A stretch of 64,000 bases of DNA from the NCBI RefSeq assembly GCF_009914755.1, contig NC_060932.1; one strand, 5' to 3'. Under the pieces are notes generated by a model. It was not told the origin of the DNA, made no database searches, and saw only the letters and a list, made by a program, of their open reading frames with translations. This DNA is from the human T2T-CHM13v2.0 reference genome, Homo sapiens. Below are positions 28,676 to 44,800 of the stretch, piece after piece; position 1 is the stretch's first letter, and every line of letters starts with the position of its first letter. A program made the position numbers and the translations under genes.

Positions 28676-30189
28676 ATGAAGCACTAAGCTAAATATATTA
28701 TACGCCTTATCTCATCTTAACCTCACCATAGCCCTATGAGGTAGGAACTTCATTATTTCCGTTTTGCAAAGGAGGGAACTGAGGTGCAAAAAGCACAGTG
28801 GATTGGCCAAGGTCATCGAGCATGGTAACTGGGCAAAGGCCAAGGAATGAAAGGCCGTATGTTCAAAGTCAGACAGAATTTCCTCCTGAAAGCCATGAGG
28901 AGATGCAGAAGGATTTTTACCAAGACAGTGACATGATCTTATCTGAATCGTATAAAGCTAGACCTGGAGTTGGGGACTGGGGAAGAAACGTGGAGCCATG
29001 GGCAGAGGAAAGCAAAACAGAGTCATTTAGAAAGCTTTAGGTGAGATCTGAGGGTGAATAATGATTCAGAACGTGTGCATCTGGTGAGAAGGGAATTGAT
29101 TTGAGAGAGAAGAGCAAACTATAGTGGACCATCAAATGGCAATTCAAGAGTTAAAGTACTGAACCAAAACAGATATTAAAGATGCTTTATTATTATATAT
29201 TCCCCCAAAGGATGATGGGAATCTGCACAATTTACAGAATTTACACTATGATAAATATGGACTTGACAATCCGGAAAATCTGATTAGTGATTAATAGCCC
29301 AAGTTATTTTAAACTCATGGGTCATGATCATTCAGAAAGGAGAAAATTGCCTCTCTTGTTGCCTTCCACTTTAATTCCAACTAGGAAGAATCGTTTAGCA
29401 GCCTTTGTTATGCAGCTTATAAATATCTTTTGAAAAACAGGACAGCATCAAAGCAGTATCATTCTGACACTGCATGACATCACATTCAGCTGGTACCAAA
29501 CAGGACAGACAGAGTCCTACAGTCCCAAACCAGGACCCAGAGTTTCCAGGGATGAAGATCCACTTTCTATCTTCACTTCTTGGCTCATGCCTTTAAGAGG
29601 GTGGGCAGGGGGAAGATTACAAATAAACATCACTTGGTTATCAGCTCCAGAACAAGTTTCCCTCAATTTCTCTCTTATATGTCCATGAAAATTGGTCAAG
29701 GACAATTCGCTAGTATCATGGTTTTCCTCCTAAAAGGACAATAAAAGCAGTAGCTACTTACAATTTTCTGGGGAAAATAGGACCAGAGGAGTGTGAGAAC
29801 AATAGCCCAGTTTGCCTGTCTCTAGGATACTTTTCCCTACACACACAAAATGAGCAACACTGTAGGGGTTCAGGCCATGAAATAGAATGATTCAGTATTT
29901 TGCACAAAGGCCACTTGGAAATTAAGTTCCTGCTAAGTCCTGTTCTTTTTAATTATAACCTGTAAAAAAATTATTCCACGTGTTAAATTTTCATAAATCA
30001 TGTCGAAAATAAGGCTTCATGTTTGGGAGCCTGGATGACATTTTAAGAAATACAAACTAAGCCTATTCCAAGGTAGGAAAAGTGATCAGAATTGATGCAG
30101 ATTGCCTTGGCACATTTCCTAAGTCTAAAAAAAAGGAAGAAGTTATGAATTTATAATATATATAAAAACGACATCCTGTAGAGTTTTTA

Positions 30190-30330
30190 ATTTTATATAT
30201 TTTATTGATTTTTAGAGATGGGGTCTCACTATGTTGTCCAGGTTGGCCTCAAAATCCTGGGCTCTAGTGATCCTCCCACCACAACCTCTCAAGTACCTGG
30301 GACTACAGATGTGCACCACCTCACTCAGCT
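30190..30330 (-). mobile_element. FLAM Alu monomer
   Basis: agagatggggtctcactatgttgtccagg...gggactacagatgtgcaccacc. Confidence 0.85.
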
Positions 30331-30534
30331 AGGGTGTTTTTTGTTTATTTCTTTTTGTTTTTGTTTTCTTTAGCACACACACCTAAATGTGCACAGATTG
30401 TAAGTGGACAAATAATGTATATTTAGTGTTCACATCCATATAACCAGTGACCAGTTTCAAGAATCAGAACTTGGCTAACAGTATAGAAGCTTGCACTTAC
30501 CCATTTCTAGTCATTATTTTTCTCTTGAAAACGG

Positions 30535-30892
30535 TATTAGGGAATGAATGCTTTTCTCCCGTCCTCAAATTTATATGTTGAAACCCTAACCTGCAATGTG
30601 ATGGTATTTGGATACAATACTAATATTTAGTAGATGAGGCCCTTATGATGGAATTGATACTGTGATAAGAAGAAACAAAAGAGTACTTGCTGTCTTTCCC
30701 TCCACATACAGAGCAAGAAGAGGTTATGAGAGTACACAGCAAGATGGACAGCCACCTGCAAGCCAAGAGGCCTCAGAATGAAATCTGCCTTGCTGGCACC
30801 TCGATCCTGGACTTCTCAGCCTCCAGAACTGTGAAAAATAAAGTTCTGCTGCTGAAACCACTCACTCTGGACAGCCCAAGCCAATAAAGACC
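30535..30892 (+). mobile_element. MLT1A-type MaLR solo LTR
   Basis: atatgttgaaaccctaacctgcaatgtgatggtatttgga...ggacttctcagcctccagaactgtg; TSD aacgg/aatgg. Confidence 0.88.
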
Positions 30893-30952
30893 AATGGTAG
30901 CTACTTCTCTGAATTCTAACATTACAGATTACTTTTCCTTGGTTTAGAATTC

Positions 30953-31486
30953 TTTTTTTATTATGCTTTAAGTTTTAGGGTACATGTGCACAACGTGCAG
31001 GTTAGTTACATATGTATACATGTGCCATGTTGGTGTACTGCACCCATTAACTCATCATTTAACATTAGGTATATCTCCTAATGCTATCCCTCCCCGCTCC
31101 CACACAGGCCCCGGTGTGTGATGTTCCTCTTCTTGTGTCCATGTGTTCTCATTGTTCAATTCCCACCTATGAGTGAGAACATGCAATGTTTGGTTTTTTG
31201 TCCTTGCGATAGTTTGCTGAGAATGATGGTTTCCAGCTTCATCCATGTCCCTACAAAGGACATAAACTCATCATTTTTTATGGCTGCATAGTATTCCATG
31301 GTGTATATGTGCCACATTTTCTTAATCCAGTCTATCGATGTTGGACATTGGCTTGGTTCCAAGTCTTTGCTATTGTGAATAGTGCCACAATAAACATACG
31401 TGTGCATGTGTCTTTATAGCAGCATGATTTATAATCCTTTGGGTATATACCCAGTAATGGGATTGCTGGGTCAAATGGTATTTCTA
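30953..31486 (-). mobile_element. L1PA4-like 3' stub (~530 bp)
   Basis: ttaagttttagggtacatgtgcacaacgtgcagg...catttaacattagg; truncated at tcaaatggtatttcta. Confidence 0.92.
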
Positions 31487-32777
31487 TAAGTCGACTTACA
31501 CTGTGTGCATTCATTAGGTTTGGTTTATATAAACATAATGAGAAATTCATTCATATTTACCAGAATAAGGAAATGCTTTTTCTTTTTCCTTGTTTCTTGA
31601 GAATTTATTTTCCTTGTTTGTTGTTGCTGTCTCTTTGGCTTGTTATTGTTGTTGTTTTATTGTGAATAGTATTGACATTACTCAAATGTTCATCTCCAGA
31701 TGAAAAAAAAATATCATTTGATCCCCACTGCTCACAAACATTTTTCTGCTAATATGAAAGAAAACATTGGTTGATTTTCAAATATTAGGTTACTCTTATA
31801 TTCCTGGAATAAGACTAGTTTATTCAAGATGTATTCTTTTTTAAAATATATTTTGCTGGATTCACTGAGCTAAAATTTTATTAGAATTACTGCATCTATA
31901 TCCCTGAGGACTAATGGTTTATAATGTCCTTATCAAGTTTGGGATGACGGTTATATTGGCCTCAAAAAAGAGTCGGGGAGTATTCTCTATGTTTCTATAC
32001 TTTGAAAGAATTTTTTAATATTGGTATTATTCTTTTCCTTAAGTATTGAAAGAATACTGGCAAAGTTATATGAGTATGTTTTCGTTAACTGTTATTTTGT
32101 GTCTATGGAAGGTATTTAGCAACAGATTCAATTTCTTTACTAAATATTAGGCTAGAGATTGTTTTCCTATTACTTTCAGTTTATGTTAGTTTTTTCTTAA
32201 GCAATTTACCTGTTTCATCCAAATTGTCAAATTTACCGGCAAAAAGTTGTTTCTAACATCCTGTTACCACTTTAAATGTGTATAGGAAATATGGTAATAC
32301 TCATTCTTGCTATTGGTAACTTACGTTTCCTCTCTCTTCTTTGTTTTTTCCTTTTCTTTCTTCCATACTTTCTTCCTTTCTTCCTTTTTACCCTTTCTTC
32401 CTTTTTGTTAATCGCCCTTTCTAGGTATTTATCAATGTTATTAATTTTTAAAAGAGTCAATTTATAACTTTGTTGCTTACTATTGTACTCTAATTTTATT
32501 TATTTCTGCTTTTAACTTTACTATTTTTCTTCTATTTTATTTAGTTTAGCTTTGTGAGTACTTTGCTTTCTTTCCTTCCTAATATAGATATGTAACACTA
32601 AAAATTTGCCTCTGAGCCTTAGTTGAGTTCCACAATTTGCTTTTTTAAAAAGGTTATATCTTTGCTGAAATTGAATTCAAAATATTCTATAATTTTGGTT
32701 GTAACTTCTTTGGTTCACAAATTACTAAGGAATGCATTGTTAAATTTCTAAGTTTGGAGATTTTATTTATTTTTCAA

Positions 32778-33075
32778 TTTTTTCTTTCTTTCTTTTTGAC
32801 AGTTTCCCTCTGTCACCCAGGCTGGAGTATAATGGCACAATCTTGACTCACTGTAGCCTCCGCCTCCTGGGCTCAAGCAATTCTCATGCCTCAGCCTCCT
32901 GAGTAGCTGGGATTATGGACATTCACCGCCATACACAGCTAATTTTTGTATTTTTGGTAGAGACAGGGTTTCGCCATGTTGGCCAGGCTGGTCTCAAACC
33001 CCTGGCCTCAAGTGATCAACCCACCTCGGCCTTCCAATGTGCTGGGATTACACGCATGAGCCACTGTGCCTGGCC
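32778..33075 (-). mobile_element. AluS/J, full length
   Basis: Dimeric Alu ending cctggcc; caattttt on both sides; sits in the tail of the next Alu. Confidence 0.9.
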
Positions 33076-33077
33076 CA

Positions 33078-33208
33078 ATTTTTATTTTATTTTATTTTTT
33101 TTTAGACACAGCCTGTCACCCAGGCTGGAGTGCAGTGTTATAATTATGGCTCACTGCAGCCTCAGTCTCCTGTGCTCAAGCAATCCTCCCACCTCAGCCT
33201 CACAAAGT
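33078..33208 (-). mobile_element. AluJ right-arm fragment
   Basis: atggctcactgcagcctc...gctcaagcaatcctcccacctcagcctc. Confidence 0.8.
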
Positions 33209-34653
33209 CAAAGGATTTTAAGTTATTTTTAATTATTTATTTCTAGCTTGATTTCCCTGAAGATCAGATCTCATCCTCTGAATATTAATCCTTTGATATT
33301 TGTTAAAGCTTTCTTGATGGTTCAGCACATGATGGTTTTAGTAAATGTTTTATGTGTACTTGAAAATAATGTGAATTTTGAATCAGTAGGATTTCTATAC
33401 ACCCATATCTCCCAAGCTGACAGCAAAACCAAGAACACAACCCCATTCATAATAGCCACAAAAAGAACAAAATACCTAGGAACTCAGCTAACCAGAAAGG
33501 TGAAATATCTCCACAATGAGAAATACAAAACATTGTTGAAAGAAATCAGAGGTGACACCAACAAATTGGAAAAACATTTCACACTCCTGGAGAGGAAGAA
33601 TCAATATTGTTATAATAGCTATACTGTCCAAAGCAACTTACAGACTCAATGCTATTCCTATCAAAATATCCTTTTTGAGAATCAAATATTCAAAAATTTA
33701 TGTGGAACCGAAAAAGAACCTGAATAGCCAAAGCAATCCTAAGCATAAACAACAAAGCTGGAGGCATCACACTACCCAACTTCAATGTATCCTTCAAGGC
33801 TACAGTTACCAAAACAGCATGATACTGGCACAAAAACAGACACATAAACCAATTGATACAATCAAAGAATACAAGAAATTAAGTGGCACACCTACAACCA
33901 TCTGATCTTCAACAAAGTCGACAATGAGGAAAAGACCCCCTATTCAATATATAGTGCTGCGATATCTGGCTAGCCATATGCAGAAGATAGAAAATGGGAC
34001 CCTTCTTTCATCATATAAAAAATTAACTCAAGGTGTTTTAAGGATTTAAATGTAAACTATAAAAACAGTAGGAGAAAACCTGGGTCATACTTTCTGAACA
34101 TAGGCCTTGGTATATAGTTCATTAACTCTCCAAAAGCAACAACAACGAAAAACCTCTGTAGGCTCCACCTCTGGGGGCAGGGCACAGACAAACAAAAAGA
34201 CAGAAGTAACCTCTGCAGACTTAAATGTCCCTGTCTGACAACTTTGAAGAGAGCAGTGGTTCTCCCAGCATGCACCTGGAGATCTGAGAACAGGCAGACT
34301 GCCTCCTCAAGTGGGTCCCTGACCCCTGACCCCCGAGTAGCCTAACTGGGAGGCACCCTCCAGTAGGGGCAGACTGACATCTCACATGGCCGGGTACTCC
34401 TCTGAGACAAAACTTCCAGAGGAATGATCAGACAGCAGCATTCACGGTTCACGAAAATCCACTGTTCTGCAGTCACCGCTGCTGATACCCAGGCAAACAG
34501 GGTCTGGAGTGGACCTCTAGCAAACTCCAACAGACCTGCAGCTGAGGGTCCTGTCTGTTAGAAGGAAAACTAACAAACAGAAAGGACATCCACACCAAAA
34601 ACCCACCTGTACATTACCATCATCAAAGACCAAAAGTAGATAAAACCACAAAG

Positions 34654-35669
34654 ATAGGGAAAAAACAGAGCAGAAAAACTGGAAACTCTAAAAAGCAGAG
34701 CACCTCTCCTCCTCCAAAGGAATGCAGTTCCTCACCAGCAACGGAACAAAGCTGGACAGAGAATGACTTTGACGAGTTGAGAGAAGAAGGCTTCAGACGA
34801 TCAAACTACTCCGAGCTACAGGAGGAAATTCAAACCAAAGGCAAAGAAGTTAAAACTTTGAAAAAAATTTAGACGAATGTGTAACTAGAATAACCAATAC
34901 AGAGAAGTGCTTAAAGGAGCTGATGGAGCTGAAAGCCAAGGCTCGAGAACTACGTGAAGAATGCAGAAGCCTCAGGAGCCGATGCGATCAACTGGAAGAA
35001 AGGGTATCAGTGATGGAAGATGAAATGAATGAAATGAAGCGAGAAGGGAAGTTTAGAGAAAAAAGAATAACAAGAAACGAACAAAGCCTCCAAGAAATAT
35101 GGGTCTATGTGAAAAGACCAAATCTACGTCTGATTGGTGTACCTGAAAGTGACGGACAGAATGGAACCAAGTTGGAAAACATTCTGCAGGATATTATCCA
35201 GGAGAACTTCCCCAATCTAGCAAGGCAGGCCAACATTCAGATTCAGGAAATACAGAGAATGCCACAAAGATACTCCTCGAGAAGAGCAACTCCAAGACAC
35301 ATAATTGTCAGATTCACCAAAGTTGAAATGAAGGAAAAAATGTTAAGGGCAGCCAGAGAGAAAGGTCGGGTTACCCTCAAAGGGAAGCCCATCAGACTAA
35401 CAGCAGATCTCTCGGCAGAAACTCTACAAGCCAGAAGAGAGTGGGGGCCAATATTCAACATTCTTAAAGAAAAGAATTTTCAACCCAGAATTTCATATCC
35501 AGCCAAACTAAGCTTCATAAGTGAAGGAGAAATAAAATACTTTACAGACAAGCAAAGGCTGAGAGATTTTGTCACCACCAGGCCTGCCCTACAAGAGCTC
35601 CTGAAGGAAACACTAAACATGGAAAGGAACAAGTGGTACCAGCCACTGCAAAATCGTGCCAAATTGTAA
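34654..35669 (+). pseudogene. L1 ORF1p, disabled
   Basis: Start ATG mutated to ATA at 34654; 1-nt deletion near 34852; ORF 34923..35669 is ORF1p (RPNLRLIGVPE, ARREWG, YPAKLS). Confidence 0.93.
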
Positions 35670-35732
35670 AGACCATCAAGGCTAGGAAGAAACTGCATCA
35701 ACTAACGAGCAAAATAACCAGCTAACATCATA

Positions 35733-38559
<2,827 letters not shown>

Positions 38560-39912
38560 ACAATGAGAACACATGGACACAGGAAGGGGAACATCACACT
38601 CTGGGGACTGTTGTGGGGTGGGGGGAGGGGGAGGGATAGCATTAGGAGATATACCTAATGCTAAATGACGAGTTAATGGGTGCAGCACACCAGCATGGCA
38701 CATGTATACATATGTATCTAACCTACACATTGTGCACATGTACCCTAAAACTTAAAGTATAATAATAAAAAAAAAAAAACATGTAGCCACGAAACAAAAC
38801 AAAACAAAAGTTGCCACAAAAACAAAAATAGAAAGGTGAGATCTAATTAAACTAAGAGCTTCTGCACATCTAAAGAAACTGTCAAAAGAGTAAACAAACA
38901 GCATACAGAGTGGGAGAAAATATTTGCAAAGTATGCATCCAACAAAGGTCTAATATCCAGAATTTATAAAGAACTTAAACAAATAAACAAGCAAAAAGCA
39001 AACAACCCCTTTCAAAAAATGGGCAAAAAACATAAATGATGCTTTTCAAAAGAAGACATACACGTGGCCAACAAACACGTGAAAGAATGCTCAACATCAC
39101 TAACCATTAGAGAAATGCAAGTCAAAACTACAATGAGATACCATCTCATACCAGTCAGAATGGCTATCATTAAAATGTTAGAAAATAAGATGTTGACAAG
39201 GTTATACATAAAAGGAAACACTTACATGCTGCTAGTGGGAATGTAAATTATTTTAGCCACTATTGAAAGCAGTTTGGAGATTTCTCAAGGAATTTAAAAT
39301 AGAACTACCATTTGACCCAGCAATCCCATTACTGGCTACATACTCAAAGAAATAATGTCATTCTACTAAAAAGATACATGCATGCATATGTTCATCACAG
39401 CACTATTCATAGAAGCAAATACACGGAATCAATCTAGATGTTTATCTATGGTCGACTGGATAAAGAAAATGTAGTACATATACATGACAGAATACTATGC
39501 AGCCATAAAAAAGAATGAAATCATGTCCTTTGCAGCAACATGGATGCAGCTGGAGGCCATTATCCTAAGTGAATTAATGCAGAAACAACAACAAAAAAGA
39601 AATGCCACGTTTTCACTTGTAAGTGAGAGCTAAACATTGAGTATACATGTACACAAAGAGGGGAACAATAGATACCAGGGCATACTTGAGGGTAGAGGGT
39701 GGAAGGAGGGTGAGGGTTGAAAAATTGACTATTGGGTACTATGCTCATTATCTGGATAACAAAATCATTTGTAAACTAAGCCCCTGTGACATGTAATTTA
39801 CTCATGTAACAAACCTGCACATGTACCTCTGAACCTAAAATAAAAATTGAAAAACAAAAATGAAAAGAATGTGAATTCTATTGTGATTTTTATGGGGTAT
39901 TCTTCATGTTAA

Positions 39913-40034
39913 ATACCTAGTGTTCCATTATTGGAATGCTAAGCTTGTGGAAGTTATTTATATCCTACTGCTCAAGGTCATCGCCCAGGTCTGATTGCAA
40001 AAATTCAAAAAATTGCAACCTCAGGCATAAATGG
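39913..40034 (+). mobile_element. MER85, piggyBac (PGBD3-derived) MITE
   Basis: cctagtgttccattattggaatgctaag...tcctactgctcaaggtcatcgc...aaaattgcaacctcaggcataaatgg matches recalled MER85; TTAA at 39909-39912, degenerate ataa at 40035-40038. Confidence 0.9.
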
Positions 40035-40802
40035 ATAAATCAGATCAAGTTTACTGAATGTGTTGTTAATTTCTGCTATATTCTCACTGAGTTTTGTCTA
40101 CTTGTTCTATAAGCTATAGATGTTTGTTAAGATCTGTCTATCAGTTTGATTTGTCTATTTCTCCTTTAAATTATGTTAATATTTTTTGCTTTACATATCA
40201 TAAAGATGCACCATTGAAGGCATACAAATTTAAAATATTGATATTGTTTTGACAGATTTACCCAGTTATTATTATGAAATATACCCCTTTATTTTTAGTA
40301 AGATTTCTTACCTTAAAGCCTATTTTGTTTGATATTAGCAAAGCTACTAGAGTTTTCTTTTATTACATATTTGCATGGAATATAGTTATTTTAATCCATT
40401 TATTATCTCTATGTTTAAAGTGTTTAAATATAAATGCTTAATCCATTAATACTCAATTTAATTACTTATTTAGTTCTGCTTCTATCTACCACTTTACTGC
40501 TTGTTCTCTATTTGACCCAATTTTAATTTTTTCTCATTTTATATTTTATATTATTTAAATGTTATTTTCACTATTCCATTTTGCTCTTATTAACTTCTTA
40601 GTTATTTTCTGTTTCATTCTTTTTCAGTGGTTACTACTGCTATGGTATCATAGCAGGCATTTTTGAGTGAGTATAATGCAGTATAAATATTACTTTTATC
40701 ACCTCCTAATAATTCTGGAATTTACAATACTTTAACTAAAATTACCCCTTATGCATTTCATGTTACATTTATCACACATTTTAATTCCATATATTATATA
40801 TA

Positions 40803-41352
40803 TTTTTAAATGATAAGTTCTAGGGTGCATGTACACAACGTGCAGTTTTGTTACATAGGTATACATGTGCCATGTTGGTTTGCTTCATCCATTAACTCAT
40901 CATTTACATTAGGTATTTTTCCTAATGCTATCCCTCACCCTGCCCCCTACCCCATGACAGGCCCCAGGGTGTGATGTTCCCTGCCCTGTGTCCAAGTGTT
41001 TTCATTGTTCAATTCCCACCTATGAGTGAGAACATGCGGTGTTTGGTTTTCTGTTCCTGTGTTAGTTTGCTGAGAATGATGATTTCCAGCTTCATCTATG
41101 TCCCTGCAAAGGACATGAACTCATCCTTTTGTATGGCTGCATAGTATTCCATGGTGTATACATGCCACATTTTCTTTATCCAGTCTATCATTGATGAACA
41201 TTTGGGTTGGTTCCAAGTCTTTGCTATTGTGAACATTGCTGCAGTAAACATATGTGTGCATGTGTCTTTATAGTAGCATGATTTATAACTCTTTGGGTAT
41301 ATACCTAGTAATTGGATCGCTGGATCAAATGGTATTTCTAGTTCTAGATCCT
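40803..41352 (-). mobile_element. L1PA6-like 3' stub (~550 bp)
   Basis: aagttctagggt...acataggtatac...gttggtttgc...catttacattagg; truncated at tttctagttctagatcct. Confidence 0.9.
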
Positions 41353-42454
41353 CACAGACATTAGGAGTTTTCTTTTCTGCAGTCAATTTCCTCACATTTA
41401 TTCACATATATACTCTAACAGGCTTCTCATTCTTTCCTGCTTTTCCATATTTCCATTGAAATCATTAATTATTCCTGTAGACCTCTCTTGTATTTTGTTT
41501 AATGTAGGTCTGCTGGTGACAAATTTACTTGGTTTTATTCTGAATATGTCTTTACTTTCACCTTCATCTTTGAAGGATATATTTGCTGGGTGTAAAATTC
41601 TAGGTTGGCAGTTATTCGTGTTTCAGCGCTCTTAAGATACCATTGTATTTTTTTCTTACTTCTTTCACAGAAAAATCAACTGTCAGTTGATCCTTTAAAG
41701 TTAATGTGCTGTTTTTTCCTATGACTACTTTTAAGATTTTCTCTTTCTCTTTGTTTTTTTAACAATTTGACTATCATGTTCCTATTGTTTAATGCATATT
41801 TGCCAACCTGGGTTTCCCTAAGTTATCTGAAGCCATAGGCTGATGTTTTTTCATAAATTTTGAAGTTTTTTCAACAATCGTTTCCTTAAAAACTATTTGC
41901 TTTCCATTTTCTCTTCTTTCCCACCCAAAAACCAAGTACACGTTACACTTTTTGAGCATGACTCATATGTCTCTTATACTGTGCTCTATTTTTTCAATTC
42001 ATATTCCTCTCTGCATTTTGGGTATTTTCTATCAGCTGTTCCTCTTGGTCATCACTCTGTCTTCTGGTATATTTAATTTGCTGTTAAACTCATCCATTCA
42101 CAAATTCTATTGTTCAGTTTAAGAACATCCACTTGATTTTCTATACAGATTCCAATTCTGTGTTGAAATTCTGCACTCTTTCCATTTTTCTCTGTTCATT
42201 TTTTGAACATCCTGATCAGTTAAAGAACTTGTGTGCTAACTTTGATATATGGATTCCTTGTTGGATTGTTTCTATGGTCAATTTCATCTTAGAGTTCGGT
42301 CCTATGATCCTATCTCCTCACATATCTAGGAATTTTTTATTGAATGACACGTAAAGGGTTAAAAAAATATAGATACTTTAAATGGTTTTGTCTTCCACAA
42401 GAGAGGATTCCCCTTTATTCTGTTAAATGGTTAAAAGGAGACTGATTATTTCAA

Positions 42455-42601
42455 AGCCATCTGTTTGAGGACCTTCACACCTCTAAATCTGTCCCTGAAA
42501 CCCTTCATGACTGCTAAGACTGCCTCTGGTTCACAGCCTGGGCTGCACTTCGAGTCTCAGTTTCAACTCCATGGACAGTATCAGATAATGTCCACAAAGA
42601 A
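42455..42601 (+). repeat. Local duplication B, copy 1
   Basis: 147 nt; 9 substitutions and no indels versus 43230-43376. Confidence 0.95.
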
Positions 42602-43229
42602 TACTCCAGATAACACCGTGTTGCAGTTTGTTAAGATGCAGCCAACTTCTTTTTTATAGCTGTTCCTAGGATACAGCCCTTCAGGGATTTCAATTGCAAT
42701 CATTGTGAGTTTTTGTCTCCTCAGCAATGAGAAGCTGCAGGAATCTCTGCTCTGATTTTCACAAGGTTTTCAGCTTAGTGCTTTAGTCTCCCATCCCACA
42801 TATTAGAATTTGACAATGGTCTTGAGGAGGAGACCAGCTGTGTTTAAAGGCCTTCAACTTTCCAATTTTATCACTCAAGTTCTGAGCAAATGTCAAACAT
42901 CCCTCTGGCTTCTTTGTCTACAGCAATGGTCGGCTTCTAGAGGTCAAGCTTGGATTTTAAGATTGTAGCTATATCCAGATATTCAAGTACCTCTATGAAC
43001 AAAGAAACAGGAGTTTTGTATCCATGTCAGTTTACCATCATGGGGGGAGGGGGGTATTTTAGCTCTCCTCTCTTATTTTTAGTATGTGTGTACTGTCCCT
43101 AGTACATATTTGTTTGCTGAGTAACGAGACTGAAAAATTCCACTCAGCGTTTCTGAGATCTGGGCTTAATTCTTTAGCCTCCTCTCCCATGCAGATTTGG
43201 AGTGAAGCAAATGTATTAAAAGGAAAACT

Positions 43230-43376
43230 AGCCATCTGTTTGAGGACTTTCACACCTCTAAATCTGTCCCTGAAACCCTTCATGACTGCTAAGATTACCT
43301 CTGGTTCACAGTCTGGGCTGCACTTCGATTCTCAGTTTCAGCCCCGTGGACAGAATCAGATAATGTCCACAAAGAA
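43230..43376 (+). repeat. Local duplication B, copy 2
   Basis: ~94% identical to 42455-42601; also visible as the paired RTFTPLNLSLKPFMTAK ORFs. Confidence 0.95.
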
Positions 43377-44289
43377 CTGAAAGTCTTAATTTCACCTTCT
43401 AAAAGTGTTTCTCTGCCTAGAACATTACTCTGTAGTCCTCATAGTTCTGTGGTTCTCTCACATTATTATAGCTATAAAAATTGTATCTTATCTGACTTGT
43501 CTAGTTTGTCTCAGTGGGAACACTGGTCTGCTACGAAATTCTCCATCCCATCCCTAAGAAGTCCTGACTTGGCTTTTTCGATAAATAAAATAAATGTCAT
43601 TCTTCATTTTTTTACTTCTACATGGAGTTTGCTTTCAGATCTTCTGAACTCATATCCAATGGCTCTTACTCACAACCTCTTTACACATAGATGAATACTG
43701 ACAAAATAATTTTATTTCAAAGTAACCACAAACCATAAGTCATGTCATCTTTTTCAAAAGTTGCTGGGTGTTTTTATTCTACAACCGAAAGAAAAAAAGA
43801 CACCAAAACTAGTTTATTAGTTTTTCTATAAATGTTAGCTTTTAGACAATAGGATATTTATGATCATATTTATGACTTCTCAGTAGGAATTTCTTTACTC
43901 AAACACTCTATGGAAATGTTTTCTAATTATCTGTCTAAAGACTGGTAAAATCAATCTATACCACTTCTGGCTTCTCTGTCCCTATTCCCCTTCACTGACA
44001 GTGGTTGCAGATTAAGTTCACTCTTGCCCCACACTGCACCCAAACATCCCTTTCTTCTCCAGTGTTGTTAATAAGGCATTTGGAGAGTTTTGTCTTCCAT
44101 AATGTAATTTGTTTTGAAACATGTTTGTAGAGGGATCTGAGGCTTTAAAAATACACAGGCATTTGATACCAGCATTTGCATGTTATCATGAGATCAAGAA
44201 GTTTTGATACCTCTTTCCTTCTGTAGAACAATTATGTTAATGTTAATATAACATTTTGTGTTTACAAAATGGCTTTATGTAATCTCATA

Positions 44290-44800
44290 TTTGCATCTCA
44301 ATAAGTATATAACAAAGTTATTCTTGGTATCTCCATTTGAGAACTGAAAAACTGATCATCTGAGGGATTAATTGATATCCCCAAAGTAAGATAGCTAGAA
44401 ATGAACTGAACTTCAGCTCAACTCCAGGTCTTCCTATTATAAATTCCACTCTCTTTTTATTTACTTCCTTGGTTTAATCTGGATTACTAGCATACGAGAT
44501 AGTGTGCTAGAAACTGGAAAAATGTAAACATATGAGATCCTATCCTTGTGTTTGTGTAGTCCATGGGAAGACACACAGTAATGACCCACCATTTCCAGAG
44601 TGTAACAGTTACCATACCATGTAGGTGGTGGTATGTGAGCATAGAGGGCTTGCATTTAAATAAAAAGAAGATGTCAGTAAAAGCTTATCTGAGAAATGAC
44701 ATACGTTGAGTTTTGAAGGTACAAAGATTGGGTAAAGAATAAAGGAGAACACTTGTCCGGAGGCAACAGCATATAGAAAGATACAGAGGTGTAAATCACA
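44290..44800 (-). mobile_element. MIR fragment followed by an antisense L2 fragment
   Basis: ctccatttgagaactgaaaaactga (MIR); atagtgtgctagaaactgga...gagttttgaagg...ggaggcaacagcatatagaaaga (L2). Confidence 0.55.

Noticed and set aside
33248-33905. 159-aa and 117-aa ORFs
   Set aside because: They are frameshifted ORF2 remnants of the L1PA16-type element.
38603-38635. G-quadruplex-forming tract as a novel feature
   Set aside because: It is the standard G-rich segment of the L1PA 3' UTR.
42465-43380. Paralogous small proteins containing RTFTPLNLSLKPFMTAK
   Set aside because: They are a by-product of the 147-bp DNA duplication; there is no coding or splice support.
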